From Alphaproteobacteria bacterium (GTDB taxonomy: Bacteria; Pseudomonadota; Alphaproteobacteria; Rickettsiales; JABCZZ01), in contig JABDCC010000005.1 of assembly GCA_013288335.1 (NCBI GenBank), positions 1,313-65,312 of the forward strand: a stretch of DNA of 64,000 bases. The letters are read 5' to 3'. How positions within the stretch are numbered: position 1 is the stretch's first letter; each line of letters opens with the position of its first letter. The position numbers were made by a program, and so were the translations under genes. Below the pieces are notes generated by a model. The model did no database searches, was not told the DNA's origin, and worked only from the letters and a program-made list of their open reading frames with translations. Below, one piece after another: positions 20,208-30,354 of this stretch.

Positions 20208-22088
20208 ATGGATAAAGCAATAATACCTCAATATGCCACTTTGAAAAAAATGCTAGAGTCACTGTACGCCTACAATTCGGCATTCAGCAAAAAATCTCTT
20301 AAAGAAATATTGGATGCATGCCTTGAAGATAAAGAAGCATTAAAGAAAATTGCTGCTTCAACTGAATCTTATTATGTCAACGAACCGTATCTAATGTTAA
20401 TGTTGATAGAGTTCTACGAAAAAGAGCCAGAAAAATTTACTGCATTAGCACGTATATTTTACGGTGAAAAATATCTTTCTTTCCTTGACGTCAATGATAC
20501 CAAATTGGTGCATGACGAAATCGGTCTTTATAGTTTGGGTACTGCGCGAAAAGCATCTGAAACAGAAAAAGAATATATAAAAATTGCTGAGCATCCAGAA
20601 AAGATAAAACCATTTTATGATAGTTTAAATAAATTCGAAGATGCATTTGATGCACCTATCGCGACCCATCCTATATTTAACGAAACCGGGCAATTATTTG
20701 TAAAACAGATACTATTTTTTGCTCAGCTTTCGTTAATAAATATAAACAAAAATGCAAAGACTGAGAAAGAATCCTATGCGCAGACATGCTATGTTGTGCC
20801 GCCCAGGAAATATGAGGACAAGGTTGCCTGCATTGAATCACTTCTAAAAATAAATAGCCTGGTTACTGCCTTCGATCGCAATCATTTACATATAAAGCCA
20901 GGAACTACTTATGTGTATGTCTCGCCCCTGCTAAATCAGTTGGTTAAAAACTCAGGTAATTCCTGGCAAGAATTGCAGAAAAAATTAAAACCTTACAGCA
21001 TCAATGATATGCAAAGCATTGCGGATACAGTTAATGAATTTTCGCGGCTGGTTATACTTCCTAAAATGGCACAAATTTTTGATCAAAGCTATCCAGAACT
21101 TTTATCTACAAATCCAGAAAGCGCCTATCTCAGAAATGGACATGGAGGATTTTACGAATTAAGAACACAAATATTAACTGAGCTTCTTCCGAATCTAAAA
21201 TTATCTTTATTCAATACACTTTTTATGGATCAAAAAGTCAAGGTAGGTAGCACGGAACAGATACAAGCAGGTAGAAATATCACCACTATACTAGATCTCT
21301 CCAAACGTTGGCACGATAGACATCTCGCTGATCTCATGAAAGATGAAGAATTTCAAAAAGAAGATCAAACTTGGCATCCCTTAATTAGCCCAGTTGAGAG
21401 TAAAATCACTGAAGGTGAATACAAAGGTTGGAAGATTATCAATCTTCTTAATACTTACGCTCTTGACGAACAGCATGAAATGAAAAACATGGGTACTTGC
21501 ATAAATAGTTTTGAGGATGATTGTTTAGATGGGGCTCAACATATCGTTTTATTTAAAGATCCAACGGGTCAGTCACGCGCGTATGTCCGTGTAACCTTTA
21601 ACAAATCAGACTATGAAAAAGGCAAAGGCTTTGGCAAAAAAGGATTAGAAGTAACCTTCAGAGGACGCCAAATCAATAGCCAAGATCCTGATCAGGAATC
21701 CACAAAAGTTTTAGAAGTGTTCGAAGAACAAATTGCTAATAATATAATAACTATAAATACAGAACCTCATGGTTGTACGGCACCCGAATTAAGGCGCATA
21801 AGAAGCTCATTAGAAGATAAAATTGGCTATAACTATAATGATAATGAAAAACGTCAGGAAGTATTTGATGCCTTTTGCTGCAAACCAGGAAATAAATTTG
21901 GTGATGCGCTAAAGGTAGGTAAAGATCAGACTTTCGTAAAATTGCCTAAACATTTGGCAAATCAGATGAGCGTAGACAATTATTTAGCTCAGTCAGGATT
22001 ATTAGATGTTATATACGACCTGATGCAAAAAGCCGGTGTCAAAGTGAACCGCTCTATAACAAATTTAAGCCTATCAAAACAATTGTAA
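20208..22088 (+). CDS. hypothetical protein (ORFan; possible PcfJ-like C-terminal region)
   Basis: Long uninterrupted ORF. The track begins it at a TTG at 20127; the first in-frame ATG is at 20208. It is AT-rich by eye. The C-terminal third (RWHDRH...GWKIINLLNTYALDEQHEMKNMGTCINSFEDDCLDGAQHIVLFKD...VTFRGRQINSQ) resembles the PcfJ-like domain from memory only. Confidence 0.7.
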   Translation: MDKAIIPQYATLKKMLESLYAYNSAFSKKSLKEILDACLEDKEALKKIAASTESYYVNEPYLMLMLIEFYEKEPEKFTALARIFYGEKYLSFLDVNDTKLVHDEIGLYSLGTARKASETEKEYIKIAEHPEKIKPFYDSLNKFEDAFDAPIATHPIFNETGQLFVKQILFFAQLSLININKNAKTEKESYAQTCYVVPPRKYEDKVACIESLLKINSLVTAFDRNHLHIKPGTTYVYVSPLLNQLVKNSGNSWQELQKKLKPYSINDMQSIADTVNEFSRLVILPKMAQIFDQSYPELLSTNPESAYLRNGHGGFYELRTQILTELLPNLKLSLFNTLFMDQKVKVGSTEQIQAGRNITTILDLSKRWHDRHLADLMKDEEFQKEDQTWHPLISPVESKITEGEYKGWKIINLLNTYALDEQHEMKNMGTCINSFEDDCLDGAQHIVLFKDPTGQSRAYVRVTFNKSDYEKGKGFGKKGLEVTFRGRQINSQDPDQESTKVLEVFEEQIANNIITINTEPHGCTAPELRRIRSSLEDKIGYNYNDNEKRQEVFDAFCCKPGNKFGDALKVGKDQTFVKLPKHLANQMSVDNYLAQSGLLDVIYDLMQKAGVKVNRSITNLSLSKQL

Positions 22089-22089
22089 T

Positions 22090-23094
22090 CTACTTCCTAT
22101 TGGCAAGATACCATTCAACGGTAGCTTTCAGGCCGGAATCGAAGTTGTGCTTACGGGTGAAGCCTAATTCTTTTTGTGCTTTGGTATCGTCGATTGCATA
22201 GCGGCGATCATGGCCTAGGCGGTCAGTGACATACTTAATCTGTGACTCATATTTTGCACCGGATTTGTTTGGACGCATTGTATCCAGTATCCTGCATATC
22301 CCCTGCACAACCTCAATATTGGCACGCTCTGCATTACCGCCAAAACAATAGGTTTCACTCACTTTTCCCTTTTCAATCGCAAGCGCGATACCTGCGCAAT
22401 GATCTTCCACGTGAATCCAGTCGCGGATGTTTTTACCATCGCCATAAACTGGCAAATCCTTACCGGAAAGCGCGTTGGTAATCATGAGAGGAATGAGTTT
22501 CTCCGGAAACTGGCGCGGGCCATAATTATTGCTGCAATTGGTGATGATCGTTGGCAAATCATAGGTTGCAAACCAGGCATGCACGAGGTGATCACTCGCC
22601 GCTTTTGAAGCAGAATAGGGTGAATTTGGCTTCATCGCAGTCGTTTCACTGAATTTACCGATAGCCCCAAGTGAGCCATATACCTCGTCGGTAGAGACAT
22701 GCAGGAAACGGAAGTTTTCTTTTTTCTGCGCAGATAATTTTTTCCAATATTCGCGCGCGGCTTCAAGCAATATATAAGTACCCACAATATTGGTCTCGAT
22801 AAATTCCGCAGGTTTGCTGATGGAATTATCGACATGCGACTCCGCCGCAAAATGCACAATCGCATCAACAGAATGTTCCTGAAGCAGCGAACTTACCAAT
22901 GCGCCGTCAGCAATATTGCCAACAACGAGTTTATAATTCTCCGGTTTTATCCATGTAAGATTTTCCTTATGCCCGGCATAAGTCAGCGCATCCAGCACAA
23001 TCACACGCTGCCCGCACGCCACTGACTGCGCCACAAATGTGCTGCCGATGAAACCTGCGCCGCCAGTGACTAGTATGTTTTTATGTAAGGTCAT
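22090..23094 (-). CDS. rfbB: dTDP-glucose 4,6-dehydratase
   Basis: 334 aa with TGGAGFIGS, YSASKAASD and other extended-SDR motifs. Confidence 0.95.
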   Translation of the reverse strand: MTLHKNILVTGGAGFIGSTFVAQSVACGQRVIVLDALTYAGHKENLTWIKPENYKLVVGNIADGALVSSLLQEHSVDAIVHFAAESHVDNSISKPAEFIETNIVGTYILLEAAREYWKKLSAQKKENFRFLHVSTDEVYGSLGAIGKFSETTAMKPNSPYSASKAASDHLVHAWFATYDLPTIITNCSNNYGPRQFPEKLIPLMITNALSGKDLPVYGDGKNIRDWIHVEDHCAGIALAIEKGKVSETYCFGGNAERANIEVVQGICRILDTMRPNKSGAKYESQIKYVTDRLGHDRRYAIDDTKAQKELGFTRKHNFDSGLKATVEWYLANRK

Positions 23095-23096
23095 GT

Positions 23097-23885
23097 CTAT
23101 TGCAGTGTAAATGTTTCCGGCAAAAGAAATTCGAGCTCATTGCCTTCATAATCTTTGGGTACAGGTGGAAGCGGGTTGGAATTATGTACCATCTCCAATG
23201 CCGCCTGATCGATAATCTGGCTTCCCGAGGAGTGGTCAATCGCGCTGTAGAGAATATTGCCGTTTCTGTCGATACGGATGCGCACCACCGCAATCCCTTC
23301 TATACCGCGTTGCCGCGCTGCATCAGGATAAATTTTATGTTTGTCCACCCAGAGAGGTATTTCCTGCTCGTAACGTCTTACGATTTCGTCACCTGCCGCA
23401 GTTCCACTCATGCCACTGCCATTGCCAGTCGTTTTATTTTTGTCTGTCTGCTCGTTCATTTCTTCCGTGCGCACATATTTTCTGGGTTTGTTAAAATTTA
23501 ATTCTTCCGGTGTGAACTCAACCACTTTCTGGCTGTCTTTTTTGGCAAAATGTTTGTTTTTTTCCGGCGGCATTTCAATAACTGGTTTTTTATTTGAAAT
23601 ATTTTTTTCAAGCGTTATCTGAGGCGGTGGCGGCACATACCCCGGCATCGCGGAAGCAGGCGGTATATCAAGCTCACCGGCACTTCCACCATCTAATTTT
23701 ATATTTAAAACCCGCACCGGAATCTGCATGACCTCTTCCTTGGGCTCCAATGAACATATGACCACCACTGCGATATGAATGGAGATAGCAATCATTGTCA
23801 TAATAAGGAAATGCTTCGGCTGCAGGTAAGAACCGAATTCCGAATATTTACTTAGACTTTTAACTTCAGGAGTCGCAAAAAACAT
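23097..23885 (-). CDS. tonB: energy transducer TonB
   Basis: 262 aa with an N-terminal TM anchor, a Pro-rich spacer (PGYVPPPPQ) and a C-terminal TonB domain (YPDAARQRGIEGIAVVRIRIDRNGNI). Confidence 0.85.
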   Translation of the reverse strand: MFFATPEVKSLSKYSEFGSYLQPKHFLIMTMIAISIHIAVVVICSLEPKEEVMQIPVRVLNIKLDGGSAGELDIPPASAMPGYVPPPPQITLEKNISNKKPVIEMPPEKNKHFAKKDSQKVVEFTPEELNFNKPRKYVRTEEMNEQTDKNKTTGNGSGMSGTAAGDEIVRRYEQEIPLWVDKHKIYPDAARQRGIEGIAVVRIRIDRNGNILYSAIDHSSGSQIIDQAALEMVHNSNPLPPVPKDYEGNELEFLLPETFTLQ

Positions 23886-23896
23886 GTATTTGAGTC

Positions 23897-24298
23897 CTAA
23901 AATGGCGTTGTAACGAGCGAAATATTAGTACCACCTGCCGCTTTAATCTGATTCATAATCGATATCATAAATGTAGCGGGCAGATGACCGTCGGCCTTGA
24001 GTGAAATAACTTTGTTAGAACTATCACGCAGATGTTCCTGTATAGTGCCGACGAAGCTTTCCGGTGCAACAAAGTCGTCATTGATTAGAATTTCTCTCTG
24101 CGGACCGAGCACGATCACTACCTGTCCGTCTGTAAGCAGTTTACCATTTTTTGCCACAGGCAAATCAATATGCACCACATCAAATTTTTCAACGGAACCC
24201 GCGACCAAAAAGAATACCAGCAACAGCAACACTACATTCACCATGGGAATGAGGCTTGGCTCTCTTGCGGTTTGTTTATGACGTGGAATATCAACCAT
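23897..24298 (-). CDS. exbD: ExbD/TolR-family biopolymer transport protein
   Basis: 133 aa with a single N-terminal TM segment (IPMVNVVLLLLVFFLV) and a periplasmic domain. Confidence 0.85.
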   Translation of the reverse strand: MVDIPRHKQTAREPSLIPMVNVVLLLLVFFLVAGSVEKFDVVHIDLPVAKNGKLLTDGQVVIVLGPQREILINDDFVAPESFVGTIQEHLRDSSNKVISLKADGHLPATFMISIMNQIKAAGGTNISLVTTPF

Positions 24299-24746
24299 TG
24301 GCGGGTTTCACTCCCTTATTTGTCTCCGGTATAATCCAGTCGGCAACCGCAATATTTTTACCCCCGGCAGAATAAATCCTGTCCATAATGCGTACCAGTA
24401 CATTCACAGAAACTTTATTAGCACTAAGCACTAAAACACCACGATCAGGATTTTTTGAAAATATATCCCGCAAATCATGCGACATATCCTGCTCGTTTAT
24501 GCTTTTTTGTTCTAAAAATGTTTCTCCCAGATCAGAGATATAAATATGCAGTGTCTGAGTATCACTCTTCTTGGCAACGACAGGTTTATTAGCTTCAGCA
24601 GCGGGTGGTAAAAGCAATTCAAGGGATTCTGAGCGCGTAAAGCTGGTCGTGATCATCAGGTAAATCAGAAGCTGAAACACCACGTCAATCAATGATATCA
24701 GGGGTATCGATTTTGCCTTACGGGTTTGCCTTTGAATGTCCACCAT
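24291..24746 (-). CDS. exbD: ExbD/TolR-family biopolymer transport protein (second copy)
   Basis: 151 aa with the same architecture (ISLIDVVFQLLIYLM). It overlaps the downstream exbD by 8 bp. Confidence 0.85.
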   Translation of the reverse strand: MVDIQRQTRKAKSIPLISLIDVVFQLLIYLMITTSFTRSESLELLLPPAAEANKPVVAKKSDTQTLHIYISDLGETFLEQKSINEQDMSHDLRDIFSKNPDRGVLVLSANKVSVNVLVRIMDRIYSAGGKNIAVADWIIPETNKGVKPANG

Positions 24747-24751
24747 GGCAA

Positions 24752-25534
24752 TTAAAAGCTTGAATAGCGCGGGTTAAGCAAATGCAATGTACTGCTGTTT
24801 TGTGGTGTTGAGCGGGTATTACTTGCAGCATCCTTCACACGCTCTTCAAGCTCACGCATTTCTATTTCACGCTTTACCGCGTCTTTACGTTTTAATTCTT
24901 TTTCATTGCGTTTGAATTCATCTTCGAGCGCCAAAATCTGAATCGATACATCACGCATAGTAGCACGCACACGTTCAATCAAAGCGTCAATGGCGTAATA
25001 GGCACCAATAGCAGGAATCGCAACTACAAGACCGGCAACCGTGCTCAAAAATGCTTCCCAGATACCGCCGGCAAAAAGTGACGGATCAACGCGCGCACCC
25101 GCTGCTTCCAGTTTGGAAAACGCTACCACCATACCCATCACCGTTCCAAGCAAACCAAGCAATGGCCCTACGTTTGCGATCATCTCTAATCCACGCAAGT
25201 GCATCTCTAAATAACGAATATCGGAAGCACCGACACGGGCAATTTCCGCCTCTTTGCTACGCTGGGAAATTTCGCGGTTAGCAACGCAATCAAGCGCCAC
25301 ACGCATAATACGAGCGATTGGGCCCCTCACAGTGGAGAGGGTGGCAAGCGCACTTCTAATATCGCCAGCGCGAATTTCGTTCACGGCTTTATCGATATAA
25401 TTGCTTGGTAAAAAAATTCCGGCATTCCAGAATTGATATATCTTGAATAAAATGACTGCTACACCGTAAATAGAAAGGGCAAGCAACACATACATGACTG
25501 GCCCGCCACGATTGAAAAATTCTGCAACTAACAC
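24752..25534 (-). CDS. exbB: MotA/TolQ/ExbB proton-channel protein
   Basis: 260 aa with three TM segments, the GPLLGLLGTVMGM motif and an added charged coiled-coil-like C-terminal tail. Confidence 0.88.
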   Translation of the reverse strand: MLVAEFFNRGGPVMYVLLALSIYGVAVILFKIYQFWNAGIFLPSNYIDKAVNEIRAGDIRSALATLSTVRGPIARIMRVALDCVANREISQRSKEAEIARVGASDIRYLEMHLRGLEMIANVGPLLGLLGTVMGMVVAFSKLEAAGARVDPSLFAGGIWEAFLSTVAGLVVAIPAIGAYYAIDALIERVRATMRDVSIQILALEDEFKRNEKELKRKDAVKREIEMRELEERVKDAASNTRSTPQNSSTLHLLNPRYSSF

Positions 25535-25662
25535 TGATAGATTCCTTGAAATGAGATTTTACGCATTTTCGCGCATTGTTTTTTTAATCCATGAAACCGC
25601 CGCCTGCAACGGAAATTATTAGTTCTTGACTGATTCAAAGCAACGCTCTGTAATATAAAAAT

Positions 25663-26379
25663 ATGTTCGATCAAAAATTTTCCACCATAGTGCTGACCCT
25701 TTTCCCTGAAATGTTTCCGGGGCCGCTTGGGCATTCGCTTGCAGGCACAGCGCTAAAAAAAGGCCTGTGGAATTTAAAAACCCTGCAAATCCGTGATTAT
25801 GCAACCGATAAACACAAAACGGTGGATGATACTCCTTACGGCGGCGGCTCGGGTATGGTGATGCGCCCTGATATTTTAGATACTGCAATCACCGATGCCA
25901 AATCCCAAATGCCTGATGCCCAGTTAATTTATTTTACCCCTCGTGGCGCGCCACTCACCCAAAAACTGGTGCAGGATTTAAGCCAGAAGAATCTCATTCT
26001 TTTATGTGGCAGGTTTGAAGGAGTGGATGAACGCGTGCTGGAAATCCATAAACCGTTAGAAATAAGCATTGGCGATTATGTGCTATCCGGCGGAGAAATC
26101 GCCGCTTTTGTGCTTTTGGATGCGTGCGTTCGCCTGCTGCCTGGTGTTATGGGCTCCAAAGACTCCTTAAGTGAAGAAAGTTTTAGCGAAAACAATGATT
26201 TCGCTGGACTCCTTGAATATCCTCATTATACTAAACCGCCTATTTGGAATGGAAATGCGGTACCGGATGTGTTATTATCCGGCAACCATGCAAACATTAA
26301 AAAATGGCGGCTGCTGCAGTCAGAAAACTTGACAAAAGCCTTGCGGCCTGATTTATGGGCGCGGCGAAAAAGAGAATAA
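25663..26379 (+). CDS. trmD: tRNA (guanine37-N1)-methyltransferase
   Basis: 238 aa with [16 protein letters not shown] and [12 protein letters not shown]. Confidence 0.95.
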   Translation: MFDQKFSTIVLTLFPEMFPGPLGHSLAGTALKKGLWNLKTLQIRDYATDKHKTVDDTPYGGGSGMVMRPDILDTAITDAKSQMPDAQLIYFTPRGAPLTQKLVQDLSQKNLILLCGRFEGVDERVLEIHKPLEISIGDYVLSGGEIAAFVLLDACVRLLPGVMGSKDSLSEESFSENNDFAGLLEYPHYTKPPIWNGNAVPDVLLSGNHANIKKWRLLQSENLTKALRPDLWARRKRE

Positions 26380-26412
26380 AGACGAGACTTAAAGATAACA
26401 GGAAATGATTTT

Positions 26413-26796
26413 ATGAATATTTTACAGACACTTGAAAAAGAATATACCGCCAAGCTCAGTGAAGGAAAAACCTTCGATTTCGTACCCGGCGATACCGTAT
26501 GCGTAAACGTGCGCATTATCGAAGGCGATAACGAACGTATTCAGGCATTTGAAGGCGTGTGCATTGGCCGCAAAAACGCTGGCCTTAACTCTGCTTTTAC
26601 CGTGCGGAAAATCAGCCATGGTGAAGGTGTTGAGCGTATTTTTCCGCTTTATTCCCCACGCCTTGAAAGCGTGACTGTAGTGCGCCGTGGTGATGTTCGC
26701 CGTGCGAAACTATATTATCTACGTGGCCTCACTGGCAAAGCTGCGCGAATTAAAGAAAAGCTGCGCGACGTAGTTGCAACTGCAACAGCAAAATAA
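26413..26796 (+). CDS. rplS: 50S ribosomal protein L19
   Basis: 127 aa with FVPGDTV.V...[13 protein letters not shown]. The trmD-rplS synteny is conserved. Confidence 0.95.
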   Translation: MNILQTLEKEYTAKLSEGKTFDFVPGDTVCVNVRIIEGDNERIQAFEGVCIGRKNAGLNSAFTVRKISHGEGVERIFPLYSPRLESVTVVRRGDVRRAKLYYLRGLTGKAARIKEKLRDVVATATAK

Positions 26797-26877
26797 TTCA
26801 ATTTAAGGTTTCGGGTGTCGGATTTCTTGTTTCAGCACAAAGCCGAAACCTGGAACCTAAACACTGGAACCTGATCT

Positions 26878-28281
26878 ATGAAAACTCTCTACGACAAAAT
26901 CTTTGACTCCCACCTCGTGCAACAAGCCAGCGATGGCACGTGCGTACTCTATATTGATCGCCATTTAATCCATGAAGTCACCAGCCCTCAAGCTTTTGAA
27001 GGTTTGCGTGTTGCCGGGCGCAAAGTTCGCCGCCCTGATGCTACGTTTGCAGTTGCCGATCATAACGTCCCCACTACACCTGATCGCAAAGATGGCATTA
27101 AAGACAAAACCGCGCGTATTCAGGTGCAGACGCTAGAAGATAACTGCAAAGAATATGGTATTACCTATTTCAAAATGGACGATAAACGCCAGGGCATTGT
27201 GCATATTGTCGGCCCTGAGCAAGGCCTCACCCAGCCCGGCATGACCATTGTCTGCGGTGATTCACATACTGCAACACACGGCGCATTTGGCGCACTTGCC
27301 TTTGGTATTGGCACGAGCGAAGTAGAACATGTGCTTGCAACTCAAACCCTCATTCAGAAACGCGCAAAAAATATGCTCGTGCGGGTGGATGGAAAATTAC
27401 CGGTTGGCGTTACCGCCAAAGACATCGTGCTTGCCATCATCGGCAAAATCGGAACCGCAGGCGGCACTGGCTACGTGATTGAATATGCAGGCGACGCAAT
27501 CAAAAGCCTCTCCATGGAAGGGCGCATGACCATCTGCAACATGTCGATTGAAGCAGGTGCGCGCGCAGGTCTTATTGCACCTGATGAAACCACTTTTTCG
27601 TACATCAAAGGCCGCCCTTACGCTCCAGAAGGTACTGATTGGGACAAAGCCGTTGCTTACTGGAAAAGCCTCGCCTCCGATGCTGGCGCTAAATACGATA
27701 CCGTGGTGGAACTCAATGCCGCCGACTTAATTCCGCAAGTGACATGGGGTACAAGCCCACAGGATGTTTTGCCGATCAACGGCTATGTGCCAAACCCCAG
27801 CGATGAAAAAGATGAAAACCGCCGCAAGACGATTGAACGTTCACTTGAATATATGGGCATTAAAGGTGGCACAAAGCTGACTGATATCGCGATAGATAAA
27901 GTATTTATCGGCTCATGCACTAATGGCCGCATTGAAGATTTCCGCGAAGTCGCAAAAGTCGTAAAAGGCAAACATGTGGCAAGTAACATCACACTCGCCA
28001 TGGTCGTGCCCGGTTCAGGCTTGGTAAAAGAACAAGCCGAAAAAGAAGGTTTGGACAAAATCTTTTTAGACGCAGGTTTTGAATGGCGCGAACCCGGCTG
28101 CTCCATGTGCCTTGCCATGAATGCTGACAAACTCTTACCCGGTGAGCGCTGCGCTTCCACTTCCAACCGTAACTTTGAAGGCCGCCAGGGCCGTGGCGGA
28201 CGCACCCACCTCATGAGCCCGGCAATGGCTGCTGCCGCTGCGATTACAGGTAAGTTGGTTGATGTAAGGGAGATAAAATAA
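26878..28281 (+). CDS. leuC: 3-isopropylmalate dehydratase large subunit
   Basis: 467 aa aconitase-family protein with the Fe-S Cys motifs GDSHT, GSCTNGR and CSMCLAMN. Confidence 0.96.
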   Translation: MKTLYDKIFDSHLVQQASDGTCVLYIDRHLIHEVTSPQAFEGLRVAGRKVRRPDATFAVADHNVPTTPDRKDGIKDKTARIQVQTLEDNCKEYGITYFKMDDKRQGIVHIVGPEQGLTQPGMTIVCGDSHTATHGAFGALAFGIGTSEVEHVLATQTLIQKRAKNMLVRVDGKLPVGVTAKDIVLAIIGKIGTAGGTGYVIEYAGDAIKSLSMEGRMTICNMSIEAGARAGLIAPDETTFSYIKGRPYAPEGTDWDKAVAYWKSLASDAGAKYDTVVELNAADLIPQVTWGTSPQDVLPINGYVPNPSDEKDENRRKTIERSLEYMGIKGGTKLTDIAIDKVFIGSCTNGRIEDFREVAKVVKGKHVASNITLAMVVPGSGLVKEQAEKEGLDKIFLDAGFEWREPGCSMCLAMNADKLLPGERCASTSNRNFEGRQGRGGRTHLMSPAMAAAAAITGKLVDVREIK

Positions 28282-28889
28282 TGCAAAAATTTACAACACT
28301 CACTGCTATCGCCGCGCCGCTGCCGATTGAAAATGTTGATACCGACATGATCATCCCAAAGCAGTTTCTCACCACCATAAAACGCACCGGCCTTAAGGAA
28401 GGTTTGTTTTATGAAATGCGTTTTGACGTAAACGGCAAACGCAATGATGACTTTATTTTGCACAAAGAGCCATATACTCATGCAGAAATTATTGTCGCAC
28501 GTGATAATTTTGGCTGTGGCTCTTCGCGCGAGCATGCCCCTTGGGCACTTCTTGATTTCGGCATTCGCTGTGTAATCTCTTCGTCATTCGCTGATATTTT
28601 TTACAATAATTGCTTCAAAAACGGCGTTCTTCCTGTAGTTTTAGCAAAAGACGAAGTTGAAAAATTGTTGCAGGTGGCAGAGTCTGAACAGAAAATAACT
28701 GTGGATTTAGCAAAGCAAACCGTGACTGCTGGTAATCATGAATTTAAATTTGAAATTGATCCCTTCCGTAAACATTGCCTGATGAACGGCCTTGATGACA
28801 TTGGCCTCACCATGGAAAAACTTGCGGATATCGGAAAATTTGAAGATAAGCAAAAATCCGCAACCCCGTGGTTATATAAGGCAGCATAA
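28281..28889 (+). CDS. leuD: 3-isopropylmalate dehydratase small subunit
   Basis: 202 aa with [15 protein letters not shown]. Its start overlaps the leuC stop. Confidence 0.95.
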   Translation: MQKFTTLTAIAAPLPIENVDTDMIIPKQFLTTIKRTGLKEGLFYEMRFDVNGKRNDDFILHKEPYTHAEIIVARDNFGCGSSREHAPWALLDFGIRCVISSSFADIFYNNCFKNGVLPVVLAKDEVEKLLQVAESEQKITVDLAKQTVTAGNHEFKFEIDPFRKHCLMNGLDDIGLTMEKLADIGKFEDKQKSATPWLYKAA

Positions 28890-28890
28890 T

Positions 28891-29205
28891 ATGGCACAAT
28901 TCATACTCATAGCCTATGACGCAAAAGACGAAGGCGCGCATGAACGCCGCATGGCAACTCGCAAAGCCCATACTGATTCCATCACACAATTACGCGGCGA
29001 AGGCAAAGTACTCATAGGAGTTGCTATTACAGATGATCAGGGAAAAATGATTGGCTCTGTGGTCGTTACCAATTTTGAATCACGCGCGGAATTTAATAAC
29101 TGGCTCGCAACCGAGCCTTATGTACTGAATAAAGTATGGGGTGACATGCTTGTTCTAAATGGGAATATCGGCCCGTCATTCGCAGATTTAATTAAGAAAG
29201 CATAA
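28891..29205 (+). CDS. YciI-like protein
   Basis: 104 aa starting from the ATG at 28891 (MAQFILIAYDAKDEGAHERRMATRKAHTD...). The size and the N-terminal strand plus His/Asp pattern are typical of the YciI family. Confidence 0.75.
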   Translation: MAQFILIAYDAKDEGAHERRMATRKAHTDSITQLRGEGKVLIGVAITDDQGKMIGSVVVTNFESRAEFNNWLATEPYVLNKVWGDMLVLNGNIGPSFADLIKKA

Positions 29206-29208
29206 CCC

Positions 29209-30336
29209 ATGAGTGTAAAACATATATTATTACTTCCCGGCGATGGAATCGGCCCCGAAGTCGTCAAAGAAGCCGAAAAAATCATCGCCTGGTTTAACCA
29301 GAATAAAGGTACGCAATTTACCACCAGCATGGCCTATATCGGCGGTATTGCGTATGACAAAACCGGAACACCATTGCCCAAAGAAACGCTGGAAGCAGCC
29401 CATGAAGCCGATGCTATTTTGCTTGGCGCAGTAGGCGGAACACAATGGGAATCACTGGATTATGCAGTACGCCCGGAGCGCGGTCTGCTTGGAATCCGCA
29501 AGGAACTCGGCCTCTTTGCCAATATACGCCCCGCTATGTGTTTTGAAGCGCTCGCTGATGCCTCAACGCTCAAACGCGAAGTAATTTCTGGCCTCGATAT
29601 TGTGATTGTCCGTGAACTCACGGGAGATGTGTATTTTGGTACTCCACGCGGTGTAGAAACTTTGCCGGACGGCACGCGCAAAGGTGTAAACACTATGGTC
29701 TACACCAGCCCCGAAGTGCATCGCATCGCACGAGTGGCGTTTGAGCTCGCGCAAAAACGCAACAAAAAAGTCTGCTCAGTAGATAAGGCCAATGTATTGG
29801 AATGCACCGAAATGTGGCGTGAAGAAGTACAGAAAATTCACGATGCAGAATATAAAGAAATTGCGCTTTCGCATATGTACGTTGATAACGCAGCCATGCA
29901 GCTTGTGCGCAATCCCAAACAATTTGACGTGATGGTCACTGGAAATATCTTCGGTGATATTCTCTCTGATTGCGCTGCCATGCTTACTGGTTCGCTTGGC
30001 ATGTTGCCATCGGCATCGCTTGGTGCAAAAGATAAAAATGGCAAAACCTCTGCCCTTTATGAACCCGTTCACGGCAGCGCTCCCGACATCGCCGGGCAAA
30101 ATGTTGCAAACCCCATTGCAACTATTTTGAGCTTTGCCATGATGTTGCGTTATTCATTTAATCTCGCAAAAGAGGCGGATTTACTGGAAAAAGCAATCAC
30201 CGAAGTGTTGGCGCAAGGCCTGCGCACTGCCGATATTATGCAAGATGGTGGCAAGAAAGTTTCCACTACCCAGATGGGTGATGCAATTATAAAAACACTT
30301 GCGGTACTCGCTAAAAAAGAAGAAAAAGCAGCATAA
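29209..30336 (+). CDS. leuB: 3-isopropylmalate dehydrogenase
   Basis: 375 aa with [20 protein letters not shown] and GSAPDIAG. Confidence 0.96.
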   Translation: MSVKHILLLPGDGIGPEVVKEAEKIIAWFNQNKGTQFTTSMAYIGGIAYDKTGTPLPKETLEAAHEADAILLGAVGGTQWESLDYAVRPERGLLGIRKELGLFANIRPAMCFEALADASTLKREVISGLDIVIVRELTGDVYFGTPRGVETLPDGTRKGVNTMVYTSPEVHRIARVAFELAQKRNKKVCSVDKANVLECTEMWREEVQKIHDAEYKEIALSHMYVDNAAMQLVRNPKQFDVMVTGNIFGDILSDCAAMLTGSLGMLPSASLGAKDKNGKTSALYEPVHGSAPDIAGQNVANPIATILSFAMMLRYSFNLAKEADLLEKAITEVLAQGLRTADIMQDGGKKVSTTQMGDAIIKTLAVLAKKEEKAA

Positions 30337-30354
30337 AATTTAGGAATAAGAAAA

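Noticed and set aside
27783-28535. A 250-aa minus-strand ORF spans the leuC/leuD junction.
   Set aside because: It is antisense to two strongly supported, motif-bearing genes and has no recognisable domain, so it is a shadow ORF.
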